Shown: positions 28,580-38,948 of the stretch, piece after piece | How positions within the stretch are numbered: the stretch's first letter is position 1 | Layout: each line of letters opens with the position of its first letter | From: Chloroflexota bacterium | Lineage (GTDB): Bacteria; Chloroflexota; Limnocylindria; Limnocylindrales; CSP1-4 | Direction of reading: 5' to 3' | Length of the DNA: 64,000 nucleotides | Assembly: GCA_042408925.1 (NCBI GenBank) | Contig: JBHOQO010000139.1 | Span: 3,655 to 67,654 of the forward strand | Translations under genes and position numbers: made by a program | Notes under the pieces: generated by a model | What the model saw: only the letters and a program-made list of their open reading frames with translations | The model's database searches: none | Told to the model about the DNA's origin: nothing

Positions 28580-28822
28580 ATGAGGACGAGCGTTGACAGA
28601 GCCGGACGCCTCGTGATCCCGAGGCGCCTCCGCGAGCAAGTCGGCCTCGTCGGCGGCGGCGAGGTTGAGATCGAGCTCGACGGCCTCGGGCTCCGGATCG
28701 AGCCGATTGCCGGCGATGAGGTTCGTGAAGAGGCGGGCCTTCTTGTCGTCCCTGCTCGCGGCCGCCCGATCGACGTCGAGGCCGTTCGGGCCCTCGTCGA
28801 TGCCGACCGAACCCGACACTGA
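28580..28822 (+). CDS. AbrB/MazE/SpoVT-family (looped-hinge helix) antitoxin, VapB-like
   Basis: MRTSVDRAGRLVIPRRLREQVGLVGGGEVEIELDGLGLRIEP is the swapped-hairpin AbrB-fold signature. The ATG is at about 28580. Confidence 0.7.
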   Translation: MRTSVDRAGRLVIPRRLREQVGLVGGGEVEIELDGLGLRIEPIAGDEVREEAGLLVVPARGRPIDVEAVRALVDADRTRH

Positions 28823-29042
28823 GCCGCAGGCGGATCTGCTCCCGGCTACGGTCTTCCTCGACCCCGCAGACTCGGCCGCCCTCGGCGAGGAGCTCGCGCA
28901 ACTCGGGATCGGCGGCGGTGCCGTGTACGATGCCCTCGTGGGGGCGGCGGCCCGACGCGCCGGGACCCGGCTTCTCACCGCCGACGGTCGCGCCCTCCCC
29001 ACGTACGAGACCCTCGGGGTCAACGTCGAGCGCGTCGGGTGA
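28797..29042 (+). pseudogene. Truncated PIN-domain (VapC-like) toxin remnant: only the C-terminal half is present
   Basis: LLPATVFLDPADSAALGEELAQLGIGGGAVYDALVGAAARRAGTRLLTADGRALPTYETLGVNVERV corresponds to the second half of a PIN domain. The N-terminal (D-x-N/S) half is missing. Confidence 0.4.
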
Positions 29043-29124
29043 GGCGCAGTCGATCATGAGGGTCGACTGCCATCATCGCTAGAGCCAGCGGGCGCCCCAG
29101 CGCCCGGCGCTCCGCCTGACCGTC

Positions 29125-29478
29125 CTACCGGACGGGGCGGTGATGGCGGCGGGCGAGGAGGAAGACGGCGACACCCTCGACGAGTCCGAGGGCGGTGACG
29201 GCCGCCAAGGGCAGAAGATTCGTGTTCCCGCAGAAGTCGGTCGTGCTCCGGCAGGCGGCGTACGTGGACACCGATCCGTAGGCGAGGACGAGCCCCGCTC
29301 CCACGAGCAGGCCGCCAACGAACGCCGCCTGCGACGCATCGTGACGCCAGATGGCGACCGGACCGTACAACATCGCTCCGACAACCACGGCGATCGCGAG
29401 CGGTGGCATCAGGCTCAGACCGACTGCCACGAGTAGCCCCGCCGCAAGTCCGAGAATTGAACGCGCGAGGAGGGTCAT
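29125..29478 (-). CDS. Small integral membrane protein (3-4 TM helices) in the low-GC islet
   Basis: MTLLARSILGLAAGLLVAVGLSLMPPLAIAVVVGAMLYGPVAIW...FVGGLLVGAGLVLAYG...LPLAAVTALGLVEGVAVFLLA. The start is uncertain. Confidence 0.4.
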   Translation of the reverse strand: MTLLARSILGLAAGLLVAVGLSLMPPLAIAVVVGAMLYGPVAIWRHDASQAAFVGGLLVGAGLVLAYGSVSTYAACRSTTDFCGNTNLLPLAAVTALGLVEGVAVFLLARRHHRPVR

Positions 29479-29485
29479 CCTCGCA

Positions 29486-30319
29486 TCAGCCCCACTGTCC
29501 ATATCCCGCCTCGATGTCAACGTGCAACGGTAGGCACTCGTCAACCGAGTCGCTGGATTGCCCGACGGTCGCGTTGCCGTTGTAGGCACCCCAGACACGG
29601 TTGTAATAGTAGTAGGTGTACACGGTGGGTAGGGGAGCGCAGAACCACGAGTTGCTGAAGGTCGCGTGCGTCTCGCCGCGGTAGAACGTATTGCCGCTCA
29701 GATAGGTCCCGTACCCGCCGTGCTCCCCGAGCTGCCATCTGGTGGCAGTGTTCCAGAACCAGCCACCCGAGGTGCTCCCACCAGCAACCGTTGAGCCGTT
29801 GTAGCTCCAGGTGATCTGAGTGAGATCAGCGTTCACAAGGAGCCCAACTGCGTCTCTCCAGACCACGCGTTGCCAGGCGCTGCGGGTGCTCGTGACCAGC
29901 ACAGCCTGTTGTGCCGGGGCATTGCCTGTGACTAGAAGCTCGCGGACTGAGGTGATCGCTGAGCTCCATTGGCCGACATCGGTGGGTCCACCCGCGGGAC
30001 TTCCCTCCTCCATCAGCTTGCGGCAGCCCACTGGATCAAGCGCTATGCTCCGTAGGGTCCACCCAGCCGCCGGGATCTCCCGAACCTCAGTGGTGTACTG
30101 ATAGCGACACCCACCTCCTGCGAGTCGAGTTCCCTGCAGGATCCAAGTGCGCGAGTCAGTCAACGGCGGCAGCGCTGCTCGCGTGTAACTGAAACCACTA
30201 GCGAGTGTGGTCGCGGAGACCGTTGGACGCGACGCCCCGAGCGCCAGTCCGAGCGCTAGGGAAGCAAGCACTGCGCTTCGGAGCATCCTCCAAGATTGCC
30301 TCGTGTCTCGCCGCCTCAT
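29486..30319 (-). CDS. Secreted protein of unknown function (Sec signal peptide; Trp/Tyr/Gly/Thr-rich; 4 Cys) in the low-GC islet
   Basis: Signal peptide MRRRDTRQSWRMLRSAVLASLALGLALGASRP, then a Cys-containing mature region (GGGCRYQY, PVGCRK, NSWFCAP, DECLP) rich in W/Y/G. Local GC is visibly lower than the flanks. Confidence 0.5.
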   Translation of the reverse strand: MRRRDTRQSWRMLRSAVLASLALGLALGASRPTVSATTLASGFSYTRAALPPLTDSRTWILQGTRLAGGGCRYQYTTEVREIPAAGWTLRSIALDPVGCRKLMEEGSPAGGPTDVGQWSSAITSVRELLVTGNAPAQQAVLVTSTRSAWQRVVWRDAVGLLVNADLTQITWSYNGSTVAGGSTSGGWFWNTATRWQLGEHGGYGTYLSGNTFYRGETHATFSNSWFCAPLPTVYTYYYYNRVWGAYNGNATVGQSSDSVDECLPLHVDIEAGYGQWG

Positions 30320-30580
30320 CGAGTCCCTCCTATTGTTCTTACGACCGTGGACCGTACTCTCTCTGTCTCCCTCTGTCTGTCTGTCAAGTGACACCCAACG
30401 GCACGAGTCTTATGCCGAGCCCGTGCGACTTCGATCCAGCTCAAAGGCAGCGAGGCGTACTCTTGACGCAGGGTCGACAGCGATGCAACGTTGCCAGGCC
30501 GCAACCGGCTCTTGGACGCGGGATCGTGATCGCTGGGCGATGTTCTCGCCCGCCTCGCGCTGACCGAGCGGACGCCCGCC

Positions 30581-32221
30581 CTACATCCGGAAGACCCCGA
30601 AGCGCGTCTCCCGGATCGGGGCCTGGAGAGCGGCCTCGATCCCCATGGCCAGGACCCGCCGCGTGTCGAGCGGGTCGATGACCCCGTCGTCCCAGAGCCG
30701 GGCTGTTGCGTAGTACGGGTTGCCCTCCCGCTCGTACGTCTCGAGGATCGGTGCCTCGAAGGCCGCCCGCTCCTCCTCGGACGTCCACCGCCCACCCGGC
30801 AGCGACGCCTCCCGGACCGTCGAGAGGACCCGGGCTGCCTGGGCGCCGCCCATGACGCTGATCCGGGCGTTCGGCCAGGTCCAGAGGAAGCGCGGCGAGT
30901 ACGCCCGCCCGGCCATGGCGTAGTTCCCGGCCCCGAAGCTCCCCCCGACGATGACCGTGAACTTCGGGACCTCGGCGCAGGCGACGGCGGTCACCATCTT
31001 CGCCCCGTCCTTCGCGATCCCGCCGGCCTCGTAGTCGCGGCCGACCATGAAGCCGGTGATGTTCTGGAGGAAGACGAGGGGGATCTGCCGCTGGGCGGCG
31101 AGCTCGATGAAGTGGGCACCTTTGAGCGCCGACTGGGAGAAGAGGACGCCGTTGTTCGCCAGGATCGCGACCGGATAGCCCTCGAGGTGGGCGAAGCCGC
31201 AGACGAGGGTCTCGCCGTAGAGCGGCTTGAACTCGTGGAAACGGGAGCCGTCGACGAGGCGGGCGATGACCTCCCGAATGTCGAGGGAGCGACGGAGGTC
31301 GGTCGGGATCGCGGCGTAGAGGTGGGCGACGCCGGCCCTCGGGTCGCCCTCGGCCGGGACGGCCGGCGGTTCGGGCGGCCGGCGTTCCCAGGGCGGTTCG
31401 GGCGGGCGGCGGGCGAGGTGGCGAACGATGTCGCGCCCGAGGGCGATGGCGTGCTCGTCGTCGAGGGCTTCGTGGTCGACGACGCCCGAGCGGCGGGCGT
31501 GGACCTCCGCTCCGCCCAGTTCCTCGGCGCTCACCTCCTCGCCGGTTGCGGCCTTCACGAGCGGCGGCCCGCCGAGGAAGATCGTCCCGGTCCCGCGGAC
31601 GATGACGGTCTCGTCGCTCATCGCCGGGACGTAGGCCCCGCCGGCAGTGGAACTCCCCATGACGAGGGCGATCTGGGGGATCCCGGCCGCCGACATCCGG
31701 GCCTGGTTGTAGAAGATCCGCCCGAAGTGGTCGCGGTCGGGGAAGACGTCGGCCTGGAGGGGGAGGTAGGCGCCGCCCGAATCGACGAGGTAGACGCACG
31801 GGAGCCGGTTCTCGAGGGCGATCTCCTGGGCCCGGAGGTGCTTCTTCACCGTCATCGGGTAGTAGGTCCCGCCCTTCACGGTGGCGTCGTTGGCGACGAC
31901 GACGCAGAGGGTCCCCTCGATCCGGCCGATCCCGGTGACGATCCCCGCCCCGGGGGCCTCGTCGTCGTACATGCCGGTGGCGGCGAGGGGCGAGAGCTCG
32001 AGGAAGGCGCTCCCGGGGTCGAGGAGGCGCTCGATCCGTTCGCGGACCGGGAGCTTGCCGCGCTCGCGGTGGCGAGCGATCGCCCGCTCGTCGCCGGCGG
32101 CGCCTCGCTCGACGAGGGCGCGCTGGCGGGCGCGGAGGTCGGCGACGAGGGCGCGCATCGCCGCCTCGTTCGTCCGGGCCTCGGGGTCGGCGGGATCGAG
32201 GCGGCTCCGCAGGACGGCCAT
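30581..32221 (-). CDS. Methylcrotonyl-CoA carboxylase beta subunit (carboxyltransferase)
   Basis: Full-length match to the acyl-CoA carboxyltransferase beta pattern: [58 protein letters not shown] and [14 protein letters not shown]. Confidence 0.85.
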   Translation of the reverse strand: MAVLRSRLDPADPEARTNEAAMRALVADLRARQRALVERGAAGDERAIARHRERGKLPVRERIERLLDPGSAFLELSPLAATGMYDDEAPGAGIVTGIGRIEGTLCVVVANDATVKGGTYYPMTVKKHLRAQEIALENRLPCVYLVDSGGAYLPLQADVFPDRDHFGRIFYNQARMSAAGIPQIALVMGSSTAGGAYVPAMSDETVIVRGTGTIFLGGPPLVKAATGEEVSAEELGGAEVHARRSGVVDHEALDDEHAIALGRDIVRHLARRPPEPPWERRPPEPPAVPAEGDPRAGVAHLYAAIPTDLRRSLDIREVIARLVDGSRFHEFKPLYGETLVCGFAHLEGYPVAILANNGVLFSQSALKGAHFIELAAQRQIPLVFLQNITGFMVGRDYEAGGIAKDGAKMVTAVACAEVPKFTVIVGGSFGAGNYAMAGRAYSPRFLWTWPNARISVMGGAQAARVLSTVREASLPGGRWTSEEERAAFEAPILETYEREGNPYYATARLWDDGVIDPLDTRRVLAMGIEAALQAPIRETRFGVFRM

Positions 32222-32460
32222 GGCGAGCCGATGATACGGGCCGGCGGCTGGTTCCGAGCCGCGTGGCCGTCCACGCGAAGGGCGGCGCCTTTGGTGCCTC
32301 CTCGGTCAGGGAGGCGGCCAGGAGTTCGGAGACGAGGCGCCCAAGCGACTTGCCTTCGCGGCGCTGCCGCTCCTTGAGTCGCCGCAGGACGACCGGGTCG
32401 ATGTCGATCGTCGTCCGCGTCATAAGCGTGACGATCGAGCAGACGTCATCAGATGTCAAG

Positions 32461-33027
32461 TCAGCGGCTGGTCGGGCTTGGGCCGCGCGTCGCCCAGAGC
32501 GGCCAGCCGTCGGGGCCGACTCGGAGGTCCGGGTGCGGCTCGTGGGGCTCCGGCGCTCGGCCCGCCCGGAGGTGGACGACCGAGACGCCGCGGACGGTGA
32601 GGGCGTCGGCGACGAGCCGCCGGTGGCAGCGGCGCCAGTCGAGCTCGGCGCACATGACCGCGAGCCGTTCGCTCGCTCGAGCCCGTCGGACGAGCGCCTC
32701 GACGGCGTCGCGGAAGATCGGGCTGTCGGTGTGGTCGGCGTAGCCGCGGAAGGCCCGGTCTTCCCAGGCGGTGTGGCGGGTCGGCCCGGGGCGGGGCGAG
32801 CGGCGGCCGCCGAGGCCCTCGCCGGCCCACTCGTAGGCGATGCCGAGGGCGGGCAGGTCGGCGGCGAGACGGTCCCGGGTCAGGTGCAGCGAACGGCGCG
32901 AGGTCGGGAAGCGGCGGATGTCGACGACGGTCCGGACGCCGGCGGTGCGGAGGGCCGCGGCGATCGCCTCGGTCGAGAGGGTGCCGTGGCCGATCGTCCA
33001 GATCGTCGGCGCTTCGCCGTTGGCCAC
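32461..33027 (-). CDS. DUF488-family protein
   Basis: IWTIGHGTLS...VVDIRRFPTSRR...AYEW...AVMCAE..WRRCHRRLVAD is the DUF488 signature arrangement. Confidence 0.6.
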   Translation of the reverse strand: MANGEAPTIWTIGHGTLSTEAIAAALRTAGVRTVVDIRRFPTSRRSLHLTRDRLAADLPALGIAYEWAGEGLGGRRSPRPGPTRHTAWEDRAFRGYADHTDSPIFRDAVEALVRRARASERLAVMCAELDWRRCHRRLVADALTVRGVSVVHLRAGRAPEPHEPHPDLRVGPDGWPLWATRGPSPTSR

Positions 33028-33057
33028 CGCAGGAAGAATCGACGCCGACCGGCGCCC

Positions 33058-34513
33058 TCAGGCCGCCCAGGCCACGTGCCAGACCCGCCAGAGGGCGGTC
33101 GGGTCCGAGGTCGGGTCGCCGTGGACGAGGACGAAGTCGGCCGGGCCGCCCTCGACGATGACTCCCGCCGTCGGTTCGCCGAGGAGCTCGCCGCCCCGCC
33201 AGGTCGCGGCCCCGAGGGCTTCCCACGGCTCGAAGCCGGCGGCGACGAGGGACTCGACCTCCCAGGCGAGCTGGTTCGCCCGGGCCGAGCCGCCCCCGAA
33301 GTCGGTCCCGGTGCAGACGGCGACGCCGGCCGCTCGGGCCGCCCGGACGCTCGCTTCGGCCCGCTCGAGGCGCTCGGCGATGGCCGTCCGACCGGAGGGG
33401 GAGGCGAACCGCTCGATGCGCGTCGTTCGGGCGAAGGTGAGCCAGGAGCGGAGGACGGTCAGGGTCGAGACGAGGGCGACGCCGTTCGCGGCCATCGTCC
33501 GGGCGACGGCGCCATCGAGGACGAAGCCGTGCTCGACGGCATCGACGCCGGCTGCCGCGGCGACGCCCGCCCCCTCGAGGTTCGTGGCGTGGGCGGTCAC
33601 CTTCGCGCCGCGGGCGTGGACCGCCTCGACGACCCGCCGGACCTCGGCCGCCGTCCAGGGGGAGCGGCCGGGATCGGGCCCGTCGAGGTAGAGCTTCACG
33701 AGATCGGCGCCCTCGTCGAGCTGGGCGAGGGCGGCCCGGAGGAGGCCGTCGGCGTCGTCGACGCCGATGGTGATCTCGGCGGGGCGGGTGCCGCTCCGGA
33801 CGAGCCAGGTCCCGGCGGCCCGGATCCGGGGCATCTCGGGCCGCTCCCGCCAGCGATCCCGGACCCCGAGGCTCAAGGCCCGGATCCGGCCGTCGACGGG
33901 ATCGCGGCCGCGCGGCGCGCCGACGTCCCGTGCCCACCGGACCCCGGCCGCCGTGAGGAGCCGCCCGTTCGCTTCGGCGTAGGCGAGGAGCCGCTCCGGC
34001 GGGTCGCTCCCCCGGTCGATCCAGTGGGCGCCCCCCGGGAGCGTCACGTGGCTGTGACAGTCGACGAGACCTGGCACGATGGTCGAGCCCGAGGCGTCGA
34101 CGATCTCGAGGCCCGACCGTGATCCGAGCGGCCCCTCGTCGTCGCTCGGACGGATCCAGCGGACGACGCCGTCCTCGACGAAGACGCTTACCCCGACCGT
34201 GAGGCGATCGGAGCGCCCGTCGGCGAGGGCGCCGTCCCGGTAGAGGACGCGCCGGCGGGCAGGCGGCGGACTCGGCGTCGGCCCGGCCGTGGCGGGCGAG
34301 GGGCTCGGGAGCTCGGTGGTCGTCTCGGCTGGGGAACGCGCGGGGCTGCCGTCGGCCGCCGAGGGGAGCGGGGTCGGCGCGACGAGGCTCGGTCGTCGGG
34401 GGTTCGGCGCCAGCTCGCAGCCGACGAAGAGGGCGGCGGACGCCGCGGCCGACCAGGCGAGGAAGCGTCGGCGCGCCAGATCGACGGACTCCCGATCGAG
34501 CGACCCGGTCATC
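33058..34513 (-). CDS. Amidohydrolase-family metal-dependent hydrolase with a Tat/lipoprotein-type signal
   Basis: Signal [19 protein letters not shown]; metal-binding DCHSHV; and the amidohydrolase C-terminal pattern (HATN..., [13 protein letters not shown]). I trimmed the start to the ATG at about 34511-34513. Confidence 0.65.
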
Positions 34514-34701
34514 GTGGTCGGAGCGTACACCACGGCCAAGAGCGCCGAGTGCGCCGCGCCGGCAGTCGCCGCCGGCAGTCGCCGCCGGCAGCCGCTGCCG
34601 GCAGTCGCCGCCGGCACCGATCGCCGGGATCGGCGAAGATGGGGGCCGTGCCGCCGCCGGCGGCCGAGCCCTCGGTGGAGGGAGCGCAGAGGGAGCGTCC
34701 C

Positions 34702-35817
34702 ATGAGCAGCGTTCGCGTCCTCGTCGGCACCCGGAAGGGTGCCTTCGTCCTGAGCGCCGACGGCGCCCGCCGGTCGTGGTCGATCGACGGCCCCCACTTC
34801 GGCGGCTGGGTCGTCCATCACGTCAAGGGCTCGCCCGCCGACCCGAACCGGATCTGGGCTGCCCAGTGGACGGACTGGCACGGCCAGGTGATCCAGCGCT
34901 CCGACGACGGCGGCCGGACGTGGCGGGCGGTCGGCAACGCCTTCCTCTACGACGGCGACGCCGGGACCCATCAGTGGTACGACGGCTCGCTCCGGCCCTG
35001 GGAGTTCAAGAAGGTCTGGCACCTCGAGCCGTCCCTCACCGACCCGGACGTCGTCTATGCCGGGGTGGAGGATGCCGCCCTCTTTCGTTCCTCGGACGGC
35101 GGCGAGACGTGGACGGAGCTCGCCGGCCTTCGGCGCCACGGAACCGGCCCGAGCTGGCAGCCGGGCGCGGGCGGCCTCTGCCTCCACACGATCATCCTCG
35201 ATCCCCGAACTCCGGACCGGATGGTCGTTGCCATCTCCGCGGCCGGAGCCTTCCGGACCGACGACGGTGGGGCGAGCTGGCAGGCGATCAACCGCGGTCT
35301 CCGCTCCGATTACCTTCCCGACGAGGACGCCGAGGTCGGCCACTGCGTCCACCACGTGGCCGCCCACCCGGCGCGGCCCGACGTCCTCTTCATGCAGAAG
35401 CACTGGGACGTCCTGCGGAGCGACGACGGCGGCCGGCAGTGGGTCGAGGTCAGCGGCAACCTGCCGTCGGACTTCGGCTTCGTCGTCGACGTCCACGCCC
35501 ACGAACCCGAGACGATTTTCGTCGTCCCGATCAAGAGCGACACGGAACACTACCCGCCCGAGGGTCGGCTGCGGGTCTATCGAAGCCGGACCGGCGGCCA
35601 CGAGTGGGAAGCCCTCACCGAGGGGCTTCCCCAGCGGGACTGCTACGTGAACGTCCTCCGCGATGCCATGGCGGTGGATCGCCTCGATCCGTGCGGGGTC
35701 TACTTCGGGACGACGGGCGGTCAGGTCTACGCCTCGGCCGACGGCGGCGACCACTGGACGGCGATCGCCGAGCACCTCCCGCCGGTCCTCTCCGTGGAGG
35801 TCCAGACACTGCCGTGA
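34702..35817 (+). CDS. BNR/Asp-box repeat protein (Ycf48/sortilin-like beta-propeller)
   Basis: Repeated SxDGGxTW motifs: [31 protein letters not shown] and SADGGDHW. Confidence 0.65.
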   Translation: MSSVRVLVGTRKGAFVLSADGARRSWSIDGPHFGGWVVHHVKGSPADPNRIWAAQWTDWHGQVIQRSDDGGRTWRAVGNAFLYDGDAGTHQWYDGSLRPWEFKKVWHLEPSLTDPDVVYAGVEDAALFRSSDGGETWTELAGLRRHGTGPSWQPGAGGLCLHTIILDPRTPDRMVVAISAAGAFRTDDGGASWQAINRGLRSDYLPDEDAEVGHCVHHVAAHPARPDVLFMQKHWDVLRSDDGGRQWVEVSGNLPSDFGFVVDVHAHEPETIFVVPIKSDTEHYPPEGRLRVYRSRTGGHEWEALTEGLPQRDCYVNVLRDAMAVDRLDPCGVYFGTTGGQVYASADGGDHWTAIAEHLPPVLSVEVQTLP

Positions 35818-36176
35818 CGACGGGCGGGGCGAGCGGGTCGTCCGGGGTGGCGCCGGCGCCGGACGGGCGGCGACCGATCCGGGTCGTCCTGCCGCATCAC
35901 CTGCGCAGCCTGGCCGGGACGGGGGCCGAGGTCGTCGTCGAGGTTGCCGAACCGGTGACGATCGCCGCCGTCCTCGACGCCCTCGAGGCCCGCTACCCGC
36001 CGCTTCGGGGCACGATCCGCGACCTCCGGACGGGGGCGCGGCGGGCCTTCATCCGCTACTTCGCGGCCGGCGACGATCTCTCGTTCGAGGCGCCGGACGC
36101 GGTCCTCCCGGCCGCGGTCGTCGGGGGCGCCGAGCCGTTCCGGATCCTCGGGGCGATCGCCGGGGGCGACGGCTGA
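35814..36176 (+). CDS. MoaD/ThiS-family ubiquitin-like protein ending ...GAIAGG-DG
   Basis: [45 protein letters not shown]...[10 protein letters not shown]. The GTG start overlaps the upstream TGA (GTGA). Confidence 0.5.
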   Translation: MTTGGASGSSGVAPAPDGRRPIRVVLPHHLRSLAGTGAEVVVEVAEPVTIAAVLDALEARYPPLRGTIRDLRTGARRAFIRYFAAGDDLSFEAPDAVLPAAVVGGAEPFRILGAIAGGDG

Positions 36177-36259
36177 CGGTCGGCGACGGCCCGGCGGCCG
36201 GTGTTACCCTTCGCGTCAGCGTGACCGAAGCCGTCGCCCTCGAGTCCACGACGCCTCCG

Positions 36260-37129
36260 ATGCCGAGCGGTGACCGCCCCGGCCGAGGATCGAGACCCTC
36301 GTCGCCGCACGCCGAGGCCGTCCGCCTCCGGCTGGCCGACGCCTGGGGCGAGCTCGGCGCGGCCTGGGGCGTCGCCCCGGCCGTCGCCCGCGTCCACGCC
36401 TACCTGATGAGCCGCGCCTGCCCCCTGACCGAGCGCGAGGTCCGCGAGGCCCTCGGCCTCTCCCACCGGGCCACGAGCCGGGCGCTGGCCGAGGCCGTCG
36501 CCTGGGGCCTCGTCGAGCGGGTCGAGGAGCCCCGCCGGGTTGGACGGCGGGGGCCCCCGGGCGCTGCCTACGCCGCCGTCTCCGATCCCTGGCGCTGGTT
36601 CGGGCGGATCGTCGCCGAGCGCAAGACCCGCGAGGGGGACCCGATCGTGGGAGCCCTCCAGGGCGCCCTCACCGACGCCGACGCCCTCGCCGCCGCCCAC
36701 CCCGACGACGCCGAGCTCGTGGGCCTCCGGGACTGGCTCTCCGCGTTTCTCGCCTTCGTCCGACTCTTCGACCGGGCCGTCGGCCTCCTGCCGCGGCTCG
36801 AACCGCGCTCCCTGGAGCGGGTCATGCGCCTCCTCGGGGAGGTCCCCGACGAGACCGTCCTCCGCCTCGTCCATCTCCTCGATAATCTCGACGACGAGGA
36901 CGTCCTCGCCCTCGTCACGAGCCTCTCGCGCCTGTCGCCGGAACGAGCGCGGCAAGCGACGAAGCTCATGTCCGGCGTCCTCCGGACGGTCGGCGGGCCT
37001 CTGGGACGCCAGCCCGGCCGGCCCGCGAGGGGCCCTCGACGGCCAGCGTGCGATAATCAAGCCGAACCCCGTTCGCCCGCGCGGGCTCGAACGGGTCCTT
37101 CCCGAGATCGGCCGGCGGGCGGCCGGTAG
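36260..37129 (+). CDS. Winged-helix transcriptional regulator (MarR/GbsR-like)
   Basis: HTH segment [36 protein letters not shown] in an otherwise helical protein. Confidence 0.45.
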   Translation: MPSGDRPGRGSRPSSPHAEAVRLRLADAWGELGAAWGVAPAVARVHAYLMSRACPLTEREVREALGLSHRATSRALAEAVAWGLVERVEEPRRVGRRGPPGAAYAAVSDPWRWFGRIVAERKTREGDPIVGALQGALTDADALAAAHPDDAELVGLRDWLSAFLAFVRLFDRAVGLLPRLEPRSLERVMRLLGEVPDETVLRLVHLLDNLDDEDVLALVTSLSRLSPERARQATKLMSGVLRTVGGPLGRQPGRPARGPRRPACDNQAEPRSPARARTGPSRDRPAGGR

Positions 37130-37154
37130 TACAGGCAGAGGAACGCACGCAGCG

Positions 37155-38042
37155 ATGAGCGTCGAAACGTCCACCTGGGCCACGAAGAAGGGCCTGGCCC
37201 AGATGCTGAAGGGCGGCGTCATCATGGACGTCGTCACGCCCGAACAGGCCAAGATCGCCGAAGATGCCGGTGCTGTGGCCGTCATGGCCCTCGAGCGGGT
37301 GCCGGCGGACATCCGGGCCGCCGGCGGGGTCGCCCGGATGTCGGACCCGGCCCTCATCGAGCAGATCATGGCCGCCGTTTCGATCCCCGTCATGGCGAAG
37401 TGCCGGATCGGCCATTTCGTCGAGGCCCAGATCCTCGAGGCGATCGGCGTCGACTACATCGACGAATCCGAAGTCCTCACGCCGGCCGACGAGACGAACC
37501 ACATCGACAAGCACGCCTTCAAGGTCCCCTTCGTCTGCGGCTGCCGGAACCTCGGCGAGGCCCTCCGGCGGATCAACGAAGGGGCGGCCATGATCCGGAC
37601 GAAGGGCGAGGCCGGGACCGGGAACGTCGTCGAGGCGGTCCGCCAGCTCCGCACCGTTCTGGCCGAGATCCGGCGCCTCCAGTCGATGCGGGAGGACGAG
37701 CTCTACGTCGCCGCCAAGGAGCTCGACGCCCCGTACCACCTCGTCAGGGAGGTCGCCGAGACCGGCCGGCTGCCGGTCGTCAACTTCGTGGCCGGCGGGA
37801 TCAGCACCCCGGCCGACGCGGCCCTCGTCATGCAGCTCGGCGCCGAAGGCGTCTTCGTTGGCTCGGGGATCTTCAAGAGCGAGGACCCGGCCCGCATGGC
37901 GTCCGCCATTGTCCAAGCGACGACCCACTACGACGACCCGAAGATCCTGGCCGAGGTGAGCAAAGGGCTCGGCGCCCCGATGCGTGGGATCGCCCTCGAG
38001 ACGATCCCCGAGGCGGAGCGCCTCGCCGTTCGGGGTTGGTGA
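37155..38042 (+). CDS. pdxS: Pyridoxal 5'-phosphate synthase, lyase subunit
   Basis: Near-complete match to the PdxS pattern: [66 protein letters not shown] and [11 protein letters not shown]. Confidence 0.9.
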   Translation: MSVETSTWATKKGLAQMLKGGVIMDVVTPEQAKIAEDAGAVAVMALERVPADIRAAGGVARMSDPALIEQIMAAVSIPVMAKCRIGHFVEAQILEAIGVDYIDESEVLTPADETNHIDKHAFKVPFVCGCRNLGEALRRINEGAAMIRTKGEAGTGNVVEAVRQLRTVLAEIRRLQSMREDELYVAAKELDAPYHLVREVAETGRLPVVNFVAGGISTPADAALVMQLGAEGVFVGSGIFKSEDPARMASAIVQATTHYDDPKILAEVSKGLGAPMRGIALETIPEAERLAVRGW

Positions 38043-38047
38043 CGGGA

Positions 38048-38160
38048 CCGTTGCGCTGCGGACGGGACCACGGAGCTGGTGACGGGACCGTTGCGCTGCG
38101 GACGGGACCACGGAGCTGGTGACGGGACCACGGAGCTGGTGACGGGACGACCGCGCCGAC
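38048..38160. repeat. 40-bp tandem repeat (GGTGACGGGACCGTTGCGCTGCGGACGGGACCACGGAGCT), about 2.6 copies immediately after pdxS
   Basis: Read directly at 38048-38160. Confidence 0.75.
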
Positions 38161-38206
38161 GAAGGGTCCACCGTCGGGCTGGACGGAGATCCGACCCGGG
38201 AGGTCG

Positions 38207-38878
38207 ATGGTGAAGATCGGGGTCCTCGCCCTGCAAGGTGCCTTTGCCGAACACCTCGCCGTCCTCGAGACCCTCGGCGTCGAGGGGGTGCCGGTTCGGC
38301 TGCCCCGCGATCTCGAGGGCGTGAGCGGCCTCATCCTGCCGGGCGGCGAGAGCACGACGATGCGCACCCTCATCGATCGCTGGGGGCTCCGCGAGCCACT
38401 CCTCGACCTCGCCCGGTCCGGGGCCCCGATCTTCGGCACCTGCGCCGGGATGATCCTTCTCGCCCGACAGATTCGCGACGGCGATCCTCCGGTCCTGCCG
38501 CTCCTCGACGTCGTCGTCAAGCGGAACGCCTTCGGTCGCCAGCTCGACTCTTTCGAGACAGACTTGGCCGTGCCTCTTCTCGGCGACCAGCCCGTCCACG
38601 CTGTCTTCATTCGGGCTCCGATCATCGAGGCGACCGGCCCCGGGGTCGAAATCCTCGCCCGCCTCGAGGATGGCCGGATCGTCGCCGTTCGGGAGCGGAA
38701 CGTCCTCGCCACGGCCTTCCATCCCGAACTCGCCGGCGAGACCCGTTTCCACCGCCTCGTGGCGACCATGGCCGCCGAGCACGCCGAACCCGGCGAGGGG
38801 GCTGGACGTCGTCGGCACCCCCTCCGTCGCACGAGCGTTGCTGACGAATCGGTCGGGGAGGGCGACCCGGAGCGATGA
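38207..38878 (+). CDS. pdxT: Pyridoxal 5'-phosphate synthase, glutaminase subunit
   Basis: [36 protein letters not shown] and TAFHPEL (class I glutamine amidotransferase triad). Confidence 0.85.
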   Translation: MVKIGVLALQGAFAEHLAVLETLGVEGVPVRLPRDLEGVSGLILPGGESTTMRTLIDRWGLREPLLDLARSGAPIFGTCAGMILLARQIRDGDPPVLPLLDVVVKRNAFGRQLDSFETDLAVPLLGDQPVHAVFIRAPIIEATGPGVEILARLEDGRIVAVRERNVLATAFHPELAGETRFHRLVATMAAEHAEPGEGAGRRRHPLRRTSVADESVGEGDPER

Positions 38879-38948
38879 CGACGAGAGCGGGCCACGCCTG
38901 CCGCTCGGAGCGGCACGTTGGCCGGTGCAGGCGGCCCAAGGAGGAGCG

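Noticed and set aside
38670-38948. N-terminal 93 aa of the ORF 38670..40010 as part of the GNAT protein
   Set aside because: It overlaps the pdxT 3' end and is Pro/Ser-rich low complexity. The start was moved to the ATG at about 38949.
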